From assembly GCA_035697085.1 (NCBI GenBank), contig DASSDP010000063.1:1-44322 (forward strand): a DNA stretch of 44,322 nucleotides, in the 5' to 3' direction. Source of the DNA: Actinomycetota bacterium. Lineage in GTDB: Bacteria; Actinomycetota; UBA4738; CALAEC01. The position numbers and the translations under genes are program-made. This document shows, piece by piece, positions 28,345 to 35,604 of the stretch. The notes under the pieces were generated by a model that was not told the DNA's origin, searched no databases, and was given only the letters and a program-made list of their open reading frames with translations. The number at the start of each line of letters is the position of its first letter. The stretch's first letter is position 1.

Positions 28345-28668
28345 ATGCCAGCAGCGCGTAAGAAGACGACCGCCAGAAAGAAGACCACCGCGCGGAAGAA
28401 GACCACCGCTGCGCGGAGGAAGACCACCGCACGGAAGACTACGGCTCGGAAGACTACGGCCCGGAAGACCACGGCACGTAGGAAGACTACGGCGCGTAGG
28501 AAGACTACGGCGCGGAAGAGCCCCGTGCGGAGGCGGAAGACAACGGCGCGGAGGAAGACGACGGCGCGGAAGAAGACCACCGCGGCGCGTAGGCCCACTG
28601 CGCGGAAGAGGCCCACAGCCAGGAAGAGGACGACGGCAAGGCGCACGGCCGCGAAGAAGTCGAAGTAG
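28345..28668 (+). CDS. Extremely basic Lys/Arg/Thr/Ala tandem-repeat protein (histone-like by composition only)
   Basis: AGGAGG (28333-28338) 6 nt before the ATG and 20 nt after the whiB stop. About 15 (K/R)(K)TTA(A)R units, no Asp/Glu. An intrinsic terminator follows. Confidence 0.72.
   Translation: MPAARKKTTARKKTTARKKTTAARRKTTARKTTARKTTARKTTARRKTTARRKTTARKSPVRRRKTTARRKTTARKKTTAARRPTARKRPTARKRTTARRTAAKKSK
28357..28656 (+). repeat. In-frame 15/18/21-bp tandem repeat array (AAG[AAG]ACNACNGCN[GCN]CGN)
   Basis: Visible directly in the sequence. Units differ mostly at third codon positions. It also creates the mirror FRAVVF-repeat ORF on the minus strand. Confidence 0.9.
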
Positions 28669-28697
28669 CGGACGGTGCCAAGAGCCTGTTCTCTTGG

Positions 28698-28728
28698 AAG
28701 GGGGGCGACTCGCCCCCCTTCTGCTGTT
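28698..28728 (+). terminator. Intrinsic terminator after the whiB/basic-protein pair
   Basis: AAGGGGGGCG (28698-28707) pairs perfectly with CGCCCCCCTT (28711-28720) around an ACT loop, followed by CTGCTGTT. Confidence 0.65.
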
Positions 28729-28801
28729 CGATGCTATGCTCCCGGCCACCCGAGGCGCTCAGGCCAGGATCTTGGTTGACTCTCCCACCTCAGCAGTCGG
28801 C

Positions 28802-31800
28802 ATGGCATCTTCCTCGGAGGCCGCCGGGACTCCGCCTCCGAGCGTGCTCGTCGTTCTGGTCGTCAAAGACGGCGCCGTCTGGCTGAGACGCACGCTCGCT
28901 TCGATCCGGCGCCAGACGCACGGCCGGCTGGCCGTCGTCGCCGTCGACAACGCTTCGTCCGACGGATCCACACAGATCCTCACCGAAGCTCTCGGCGAGG
29001 ACAGGGTGATTCGCTTGAATCGCAACGGTGGCTTCCCTGCAGCAGTGGCAGCGGCACTCTCGATCCCGGTTGCCCATAGAGCCGACTTCATCTTTCTGAT
29101 CCACGACGACACGGTCCTGGCCCCAGACACGGTGTCTCTGATGGTGGCGGCAGCCGGCGAGGGAGAAGGCGCAGGCGTCGTCGGGCCGAAGGTCCTCGAT
29201 TGGGAGCGCCCGCGGGTGCTCCGAGAGATCGGACTGGCCAGCGATCCGTTCGGGTATCCGTATTCGCCTCTCGAAGAGGACGAGATCGACCAGGGACAGT
29301 ACGACTCCCCTCGTGAGGTTCTGTTCGTGTCCTCGGCGGCGATGCTCATCTCCCGCGATGCGTGGTTGCGAGCGGGACTCTTCGATGAACGTCTGGGAAC
29401 CTGCCACGCGGACCTGGATTTCTGCTGGCGAGTGAGACTCGCTGGGTTTCGCGTGGTGATGAATCCGGGCGCCGTGGTTCTGCACCGAGCCGCTGGGCAG
29501 CGAGGGGAGAGGCCCGGATGGACCGGCGCCCGGGAGCGATACCTGGCCGAGCGGGCGGGACTGATGAGCCTCCTGAAGAACTACCGTCTGCTCAGCCTGG
29601 GATGGGTTCTTCCGCTCTACGCGTTCCAGGGGATCGGCAAGGTGTTCCTGTTCCTTCTGTCACGACGGTTTGCCGATGCGGGCCAAGTGGTCGCGGCATG
29701 GGGATGGAACGTCGTCCATCTTCCCGGGACGATCAGGCGACGTGTTCGTGGGCACGCGGTGCGTCGGGCTCGAGATCGCGACGTCGCTCGGTTCATGGCG
29801 CCTGCGGGAACCCGGCTGCGACGGTGGGGCCTCCAGGCAGCCTCGGTGCTGCTGGGGAGCAGAACGGGGCCGTTGGAGCCAGAGGAAGCCGTGGCCCCGC
29901 CGGTGGCGCGCCGGGTCCTCGGATTCATCGCGGCGCATCCCGTCGGCCTCTCGCTGGGTGCCGCCGTCGTCCTGACCGCGGTGGCGTTTCGCGGCGTCCT
30001 GTTCCTTTCCGAGCTGGAGGGTGGATCACTCCCCGTCTTTCCCTCGGGCGCCACGGATCTGTTCCGCGAATTCGGGTCCGGGTGGCGGTCGACTGGCTTC
30101 GGGGGAGCAGATGGTGCAAGCCCCGCTCTGTTCTTCCTCGGCGTGGGGAGCGCGATCACGCTCGGAAGCCCTCGGCTCCTGGTTCGGATCCTGATCGTGG
30201 GGGGTCCTCTGCTTGCCGGAGCGTCCTGTTACCGAGCCGTGCTTCGAATGACATCGCATCGGCTCGCAAGCCTCGTCGCCGCCGGATGCTACGCGCTCTC
30301 CGCGTTGACGATGTGGGTCGCGTCGGAGGGGCGGATCGCCGCGAGCGTGTTCCTGATCGCGATTCCGTGGGTTCTGGCCCGAATCGTCGAGGCGTTCCGT
30401 GGCCCGATCCATCGGCCGGGCCGATGGGCCGTCGGCACCGGGATGGCCCTCGCGGTCACCGCGTCCTTCTTTCCCGCTCTGTGGCTGGCGGTTGCGGTGA
30501 TCGTGGGTTCGTTCGTGGTGCTTCCGGAGTCCTTTCGGAACCTTCCTCGCGGCGTCGGGTTCATCGCGGCGACGGTCGGGATCGCCGCCGTCCTCCTCTT
30601 TCCCTTCACCCTGACCATCATCCGGGCGGGAGGCGACGCCGCCGTGGATGCGGCAGGAGTTGCCAGGTACGGCTCCGTCCTCCGATTGTCCGCAGGAGGA
30701 GCGCCGGGGTCGTGGGAGCCCGCGTTCTTCCTTCCTCTCGCCGGGACGTTGGCGCTCGCGGTCAGTGGCAACCTCCGACAGTCCCGGCGGTTGGCGCTCG
30801 CCGCGGGAGTCGCTCTGCTCCTGGCGTGGCTCGCAGCCGCGGGAAGACTTCCCGGATTCGCCGCCAATCCACTCGCGTATCTGGGGGTGGCCGCGGTGAG
30901 TCTGAGCGTGCTCGTCGCCTACGGGATGGCCGCCGAGCGCAGGGAGCTTCCGCTCGACCTGCGGCAACTTGTCTGGGGGAGCCTGGCAGCAGTGGTGGCC
31001 ATCGGGATCGCCCTGCAGAGCGCCCAGGCGTTCCGGGGTGCCTGGGCCATTGGGCAGGACCGAATACCTCCGGCCTGGTCCGTGGTTTCCTCCGCCAGTC
31101 CCGGCGTTCCCTTCCGAGTGTTGTGGCTCGGGGGGCCGGGCGGACGGGCGTTCGTTCCACCGGGAGGGGTCCCCGACGGAGTGATCGTCGCGGGCAAGGC
31201 CACCGTTCGGTACGGGGTAACCGGTCGGGACGGGCGGTCGGCACTCTCGCTCGGCCTGCCTCCAATCGGAGACGGGTACGACCACCTGCATCGAGTGGCC
31301 ACGGCGATCCTCCGAGGCACGGTGAGGCACGGTGGCGCGCTGCTGGCGACCCTGGGAGTCCACTACGTGGTGACGGATCCCCGTGATCTGCCTGCGGCGG
31401 CGAGGCGCCGCTTGAGCCAGCAGGTGGACCTCGATCTCATCCAGCGAGCCGGCGGCATGAGCGTGTACCGGAACGCACGAGCTCTTCCGGAAGCGTGGTC
31501 GGCTCCCGGCACGACATTCCAGATCGCAGCCCGTTCGGATCGGCTCACCGCGCCGGCGAGAGCCTATCCGGTCGGGGCACGGTCGCTCGATCGCCTGAGC
31601 TCCGCTTCGTGGGGGGGAGGGGTGACACTGCCCGAAGCGGGCGTCGTGATCGCGGCCACGAGCTACGACGCCAGGTGGCGACTGCAGACCGAAGAGGGGA
31701 CGGAGACCCTGCCGTTCCGGGCATTCGGCTGGGGCCTGGGCTTCGACGCTCCCGCCGCAGATACCCGCGTTCTGGTGTCGTTCCGGGGGCAGGGCGCCCG

Positions 31801-31912
31801 GTCACTTCAACTCACGGTCCTCGCCGCCCTGTGGCTTGCCGCCCTCTGGTTCACGCGACGTGGGTCCGGCGGGATCGATGAGACATCGCTCCGGAAACAC
31901 AACGATCGATGA
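28802..31912 (+). CDS. Large GT2 glycosyltransferase fused to a polytopic membrane domain and C-terminal extracytoplasmic region
   Basis: ORF 28694..31912 trimmed to ATG 28802, because the track start lies inside the terminator. GT2 motifs: VLVVKDG, VDNASSDGS, LIHDDT. At least 10 hydrophobic segments follow, then about 250 aa of non-hydrophobic tail. Confidence 0.82.
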   Translation: MASSSEAAGTPPPSVLVVLVVKDGAVWLRRTLASIRRQTHGRLAVVAVDNASSDGSTQILTEALGEDRVIRLNRNGGFPAAVAAALSIPVAHRADFIFLIHDDTVLAPDTVSLMVAAAGEGEGAGVVGPKVLDWERPRVLREIGLASDPFGYPYSPLEEDEIDQGQYDSPREVLFVSSAAMLISRDAWLRAGLFDERLGTCHADLDFCWRVRLAGFRVVMNPGAVVLHRAAGQRGERPGWTGARERYLAERAGLMSLLKNYRLLSLGWVLPLYAFQGIGKVFLFLLSRRFADAGQVVAAWGWNVVHLPGTIRRRVRGHAVRRARDRDVARFMAPAGTRLRRWGLQAASVLLGSRTGPLEPEEAVAPPVARRVLGFIAAHPVGLSLGAAVVLTAVAFRGVLFLSELEGGSLPVFPSGATDLFREFGSGWRSTGFGGADGASPALFFLGVGSAITLGSPRLLVRILIVGGPLLAGASCYRAVLRMTSHRLASLVAAGCYALSALTMWVASEGRIAASVFLIAIPWVLARIVEAFRGPIHRPGRWAVGTGMALAVTASFFPALWLAVAVIVGSFVVLPESFRNLPRGVGFIAATVGIAAVLLFPFTLTIIRAGGDAAVDAAGVARYGSVLRLSAGGAPGSWEPAFFLPLAGTLALAVSGNLRQSRRLALAAGVALLLAWLAAAGRLPGFAANPLAYLGVAAVSLSVLVAYGMAAERRELPLDLRQLVWGSLAAVVAIGIALQSAQAFRGAWAIGQDRIPPAWSVVSSASPGVPFRVLWLGGPGGRAFVPPGGVPDGVIVAGKATVRYGVTGRDGRSALSLGLPPIGDGYDHLHRVATAILRGTVRHGGALLATLGVHYVVTDPRDLPAAARRRLSQQVDLDLIQRAGGMSVYRNARALPEAWSAPGTTFQIAARSDRLTAPARAYPVGARSLDRLSSASWGGGVTLPEAGVVIAATSYDARWRLQTEEGTETLPFRAFGWGLGFDAPAADTRVLVSFRGQGARSLQLTVLAALWLAALWFTRRGSGGIDETSLRKHNDR

Positions 31913-33252
31913 GCGGTCGCGGACAACTCATCGGGGCAGTCCTCTTTGCGGTCGTCGTTGCCGGCGGAGGGCTGCTTCTCCAACGACAGGTTGGGTCCAG
32001 GAGCTTCGCTCCGGCCGCAGCGGAGGGGGATGTGTCGGGCGCGTGGTTCTGCCCCCACGGAGGGGGAGAGGGATGGCGCGCCTGGCTCGCCCTGGCCAAC
32101 CCGTCCGGTGATGAGTCGGAGGTTCTGGTCACCACGTACAGCGAGGGTGTCCCCCCGATCGAGGCGAGGACCAACGTTCCCGCCGGCTCGGAGCGCATCA
32201 TCGAGGTTCCGGCCGTCCGGATGGCTTCCGGCAGCGTGGTCGAGTTCTTCGGTGCCGCCCCATCGGCCGGGATGGTGGTTGCCCGACCGGAGGGCGGGCA
32301 GGCCGCCGAGCCGTGCTCACCTCGGGCGGGAAAGACATGGTACCTGGCGGAGGGCACGTCCGAGCGTGGACAGCAAGCCTGGCTCGTGGTTCTGAACCCC
32401 TATTCCATCGACGCTACATTCGACGTGCTGGTCACCGCGAAGGAGCCGGTGGCCCAGCCCGGCGCGTTGCGCGGGATCCTTCTCCCCGCCAGGCAAGCGG
32501 TCGCCCTCGATCTGAACCAGTTCGCCCTCGGAAAGAAGACTCTTGGGGCCACAGTTCACGTGTCCGTGGGAAAGGTGGCGGTGGGAGGGATGGGCCTCGG
32601 GGAGAACGGCATTCGGTCGACGCAGGCTGTGGCGAGTCCTGCCCGGACTTGGTTCCTTCCCGGTGCGGGGGACGACGGGCCGAGTGCCCTGGCCATCCTG
32701 GCCCCGGATGGCGACGTTCCGCTCGGGGCGACCATTCAGGGCGCGGATTCCCAGGCGGATGCAGGGCTCGGCGACATAGCAGTTCCTGCAGGACTTGCCG
32801 ACACGTTCGAGGTCCTGGCCATCCAGTCGGGCATCGCGGTGGCCACGAAGGGAACCGGGGTCTTCGTCGCCGGACGCCGTCTGTCGCTGTCCACGGCCGC
32901 CGATCAGGCTGCCACCGCCGGCGCCTCCAGAGGCGCCAGGGGCTGGATCGCCCCACCCGCCCTCGGCCCCGACGGCGGACAGTCCTTCCTCGTCCTCCAG
33001 AACGTCGGCACCCAGTCGACGGCGGTCCGAGTCTCACTGTTGACGCTGGATGGGCGGGTGGAACCTCCGGAGCTCGGTGCCCTGACGGTTGAACCCGGGC
33101 GGACCAGTGTGGTGGACCTCACCGAGGCGAGCGGAGGGCAGCCGGTGACGGCCGTTGTGGAGACGGACGGTGGAACCATGGTCGTGGCCCAGACGTCTAT
33201 TTCTTCGGCAGGCTACGCGATCGCACTTGGCCTGAGGGCGGATCAGGTTTAG
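31909..33252 (+). CDS. Membrane-anchored secreted protein, DUF5719-like
   Basis: ATGA overlap with the large GT. N-terminal TM segment (LIGAVLFAVVVAGGGLLL), then a beta-rich Ala/Gly/Val region. Family assigned from memory of the conserved GT-DUF5719 pairing in actinobacteria. Confidence 0.55.
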   Translation: MSGRGQLIGAVLFAVVVAGGGLLLQRQVGSRSFAPAAAEGDVSGAWFCPHGGGEGWRAWLALANPSGDESEVLVTTYSEGVPPIEARTNVPAGSERIIEVPAVRMASGSVVEFFGAAPSAGMVVARPEGGQAAEPCSPRAGKTWYLAEGTSERGQQAWLVVLNPYSIDATFDVLVTAKEPVAQPGALRGILLPARQAVALDLNQFALGKKTLGATVHVSVGKVAVGGMGLGENGIRSTQAVASPARTWFLPGAGDDGPSALAILAPDGDVPLGATIQGADSQADAGLGDIAVPAGLADTFEVLAIQSGIAVATKGTGVFVAGRRLSLSTAADQAATAGASRGARGWIAPPALGPDGGQSFLVLQNVGTQSTAVRVSLLTLDGRVEPPELGALTVEPGRTSVVDLTEASGGQPVTAVVETDGGTMVVAQTSISSAGYAIALGLRADQV

Positions 33253-33279
33253 CCGATCTGGGGGTATCATCACGAAAAG

Positions 33280-34353
33280 ATGAAGCACAGACGACACGCG
33301 AGGCCCGTCGGAGCGCGGGTTCCGCGACGAGGGCGCGTCGCGCTCTTCGTCGTTATTGGAGGCGTCCTCCTTCTTGGAGGTACCGGCTACTCCGCCTATC
33401 TGTACGACGCGGCCACGGCGCACCGGATGCTTCCGGGTGTGAACGTCGCCGGAGTGGACGTCGGAGGGATGAGCCGTTCCGAGGCGATCGACGCGGTGAA
33501 CGAGGCCGCGGAGAGATCCCTTGCGCGCGATATCGAGGTTGCGGTGGGCGACCAGACCTGGCACGTGACCCCGCTGGAGCTCGGAACCACCGCCGATGTG
33601 GAGGCGAAGGTTGACGCGGCCCTGGCGGTGAACGATGGCTTCAGTTGGCCGTCCCGGGTCTTTCGCCGGATCCTGAACCGATCGGCGTATCGGTCCTTCG
33701 ATCTCGAGTACGCGCATCAGGAGACCCAGATCGATCGCTTCGTGGAAGTCGTCTCGCGCTCCGTTTTCCAGTCACCCGTGAACGCATCGGTGGACGTTCG
33801 AGGTGGGAAGATCCGCCTGACCAAACCCGCCGCCGGCCGGGCACTCATGCCGGCACCCTCTCGAGAATCCCTGATGGAGGCCATCGCAGGGGGAGACGAT
33901 CTGGTGCGATTCGCCGTCCGGACCATGCGGCCCAGGGTGACGGGTGGCGACCTGGGACACACCATCGTGATCAGGATCTCCCAGAACAAGCTGTTTTTGT
34001 TCCGGGGAGTGAGGCTCCGAAAGACCTACCCAGTGGCCACCGGGAGTCCGGGGTTTCCGACTCCCCAGGGAAAGTGGACGGTCATCGACAAGGTCGCCAA
34101 CCCATCGTGGACCAACCCGGCTCCCGAGGGGTGGGGAGCGGACCTCCCGAGATTCATCCCCGCCGGCCCTGGGAACCCCCTGGGGACTCGAGCGCTGTAC
34201 CTGAACGCGCCGGGAATCCGGATCCACGGCACGTACAGCACCGGCTCGATCGGCACCTACGCCTCGCACGGGTGCATCCGGATGCACATCCCGGATGTGG
34301 AGGAGCTCTTCGAGATCGTGGAGGTCGATACCCCGGTTCTGATCTACTGGTAG
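33280..34353 (+). CDS. L,D-transpeptidase (YkuD domain) with N-terminal anchor
   Basis: N-terminal TM segment. C-terminal YkuD catalytic region: FPTPQGKWTVIDK...GTRALYLNAPGIRIHGT...SHGCIRMH. Confidence 0.88.
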   Translation: MKHRRHARPVGARVPRRGRVALFVVIGGVLLLGGTGYSAYLYDAATAHRMLPGVNVAGVDVGGMSRSEAIDAVNEAAERSLARDIEVAVGDQTWHVTPLELGTTADVEAKVDAALAVNDGFSWPSRVFRRILNRSAYRSFDLEYAHQETQIDRFVEVVSRSVFQSPVNASVDVRGGKIRLTKPAAGRALMPAPSRESLMEAIAGGDDLVRFAVRTMRPRVTGGDLGHTIVIRISQNKLFLFRGVRLRKTYPVATGSPGFPTPQGKWTVIDKVANPSWTNPAPEGWGADLPRFIPAGPGNPLGTRALYLNAPGIRIHGTYSTGSIGTYASHGCIRMHIPDVEELFEIVEVDTPVLIYW

Positions 34354-34398
34354 AGGAGCCGGGCCAGGAAAAAAATTCGTCCGTCGGCGGATTTCCAC

Positions 34399-34427
34399 TT
34401 GCGCGCCCTCGGAAGTTGCGCTAGGAT
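34399..34427 (+). promoter_or_regulatory. Candidate sigma-70-type promoter TTGCGC-N17-TAGGAT
   Basis: Hexamers at 34399-34404 and 34422-34427 with exactly 17-nt spacing, in the 300-nt gap after the L,D-transpeptidase gene. Confidence 0.3.
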
Positions 34428-34433
34428 AGTTGA

Positions 34434-34526
34434 GTACTCCCAAGAGGGGCCGAAGGGGAAACCCGGAGGAACCACTTGGGGGTACACTTTTTCGAAGGAG
34501 GCCGTTCAGGCCTCTTTCCTTTTTGT
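34434..34526 (+). ncRNA. Candidate about 90-nt small RNA or leader of unknown class
   Basis: Lies downstream of the candidate promoter. An 8-bp helix (CTCCCAAG/CTTGGGGG, one G-U) encloses a GGG-GAAA-CCC tetraloop hairpin. A 10-bp terminator hairpin follows at 34494-34518 with a CTTTTTGT tail. Confidence 0.3.
34494..34526 (+). terminator. Intrinsic terminator-like hairpin plus T-tract
   Basis: GAAGGAGGCC / GGCCTCTTTC stem (one G-U) with a GTTCA loop, followed by CTTTTTGT. Confidence 0.5.
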
Positions 34527-34617
34527 CGGGCTCGACTGCTGTGGGGGGATTGCTCGGGCCCAGCGGTCGGGTGTTTCGTGCTTATGTAACGCATTTGCTA
34601 CCCAAGACATGCGATGC

Positions 34618-34646
34618 TTGCGAATCACATGCATGTAACCTACCCT
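34618..34646 (+). promoter_or_regulatory. Candidate promoter TTGCGA-N17-TACCCT giving a leaderless DUF3499 mRNA
   Basis: The -10 hexamer ends 6 nt before the A of ATG 34653. There is no Shine-Dalgarno sequence upstream of that ATG. Confidence 0.35.
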
Positions 34647-34652
34647 TTCATC

Positions 34653-34895
34653 ATGCGCTCGTGCGCCAAGATGGGGTGCCAGGAGCCCGCGACGGCGACG
34701 ATCGGGATCCGGTACGCGGCACGAGAGCTCGTGGTCGGAGATCTCCTCCCGCAGCAGGACCCCAACCTCATGGAGCTGTGTGAGGGGCACAGCGAGCGGA
34801 TGACGCCTCCGTTCGGGTGGACGCGCGTCGACGCTCGGCGAGTGCCCACGGCGACGGGGCCGGCCCCGCTGGGTCTCGAAGCGTCGTCCGCCTGA
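34653..34895 (+). CDS. DUF3499 domain protein
   Basis: ORF 34614..34895 trimmed to ATG 34653. MRSCAKMGCQEPATATIGIRYAARELVVGDL...LCEGHSERMTPPFGWTRVD follows the DUF3499 pattern (C-x3-GC...A.AT....Y......V.L......DLC..H.....P.GW). Confidence 0.78.
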   Translation: MRSCAKMGCQEPATATIGIRYAARELVVGDLLPQQDPNLMELCEGHSERMTPPFGWTRVDARRVPTATGPAPLGLEASSA

Positions 34896-34943
34896 CCTCG
34901 ATCTTGAATCCGCCCGCCGGTCTTGGGTACACTCGTACACAAG

Positions 34944-35255
34944 ATGCCTCTCGATCGAGACCTGATCCGCCAGGTTCGTGGTCTGGACGAGTACGACCTC
35001 AGGCGCCTGATGATCTTTACGCGCGGCCTCCTGGTCACACGGGAGGGACGCGAGTTCGAGGCTCAGGCGCTCGGTCCTCGAGGGAAGGTCACCTTCAGAC
35101 AGGAGTCTGTGCGGTGCGGACGAGCCAGCTGCACGCGATGCCCCCACGGTCCGTACTGGTACGCCTACTGGAGGGAGAGCGGGAAGCTCAGGTCCCGGTA
35201 CATCGGGAAGCAGCTCCCATCGGTGCCCGGAGCGCCCGAGCAGATCGGACGATAG
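34944..35255 (+). CDS. Small zinc-ribbon protein (C-x4-C-x2-C-x-H followed by GPYWYAYWRE)
   Basis: ORF 34923..35255 trimmed to ATG 34944. VRCGRASCTRCPHGPYWYAYWRESGKLRSRYIGK resembles a motif I associate with DUF6788-type proteins, but that recollection is weak. Confidence 0.55.
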   Translation: MPLDRDLIRQVRGLDEYDLRRLMIFTRGLLVTREGREFEAQALGPRGKVTFRQESVRCGRASCTRCPHGPYWYAYWRESGKLRSRYIGKQLPSVPGAPEQIGR

Positions 35256-35365
35256 TCCTGCCGTAGCTCTTTGTAGCTATGCACGGTATGTCTTTTAGCT
35301 GATGCGAAAAATGCTACACATGGGCTATATTCGCAGAGCTGATACTAACCGACGATTATGTCGTT

Positions 35366-35557
35366 ATGTCCGTTGAGTCAGAGCAGATGGTGAAGTGTCC
35401 CACTTGTGGGTCTTTGGACCTGGTCCAGATCTCCATGACCTTTGAGGGGTCGGGCATCCACTTCCGCGCCTGCCACGCATGCGAGGAACGGTGGTGGGAG
35501 AAGGACGGTTCGCGGATCCCCCTGAGGGTGGTTCTCGACCTCGTCCCGAAGCGATAG
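35366..35557 (+). CDS. Small zinc-ribbon protein (CPTCG...CHAC)
   Basis: 63-aa ORF after an AT-rich gap. Codon usage matches neighbouring genes. ATG 35387 is an in-frame alternative start. Confidence 0.5.
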   Translation: MSVESEQMVKCPTCGSLDLVQISMTFEGSGIHFRACHACEERWWEKDGSRIPLRVVLDLVPKR

Positions 35558-35604
35558 CGGCGTCCGGAAAGGGTTCCGGCACGCTGGGATAGAATCGCCC
35601 ACCG

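Noticed and set aside
27843-28646. 267-aa minus-strand ORF with FRAVVF repeats
   Set aside because: It is the reverse-complement image of the KTTAR repeat gene and runs antisense through whiB. It has no SD or start context, whereas the plus-strand ORF has AGGAGG and a terminator.
28357-28656. Possible CRISPR array or non-coding satellite
   Set aside because: The units are 15-21 bp and contiguous, with no spacers. All lengths are multiples of three, and the array lies in frame within an ORF that has a strong ribosome-binding site.
34476-34588. 37-codon TTG-initiated ORF inside the candidate sRNA region, and track ORFs 34399..34638 and 34430..34783
   Set aside because: There is no convincing start context. 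The ORFs run straight through two hairpin/T-tract elements and their composition is atypical. RNA structure explains the region better.
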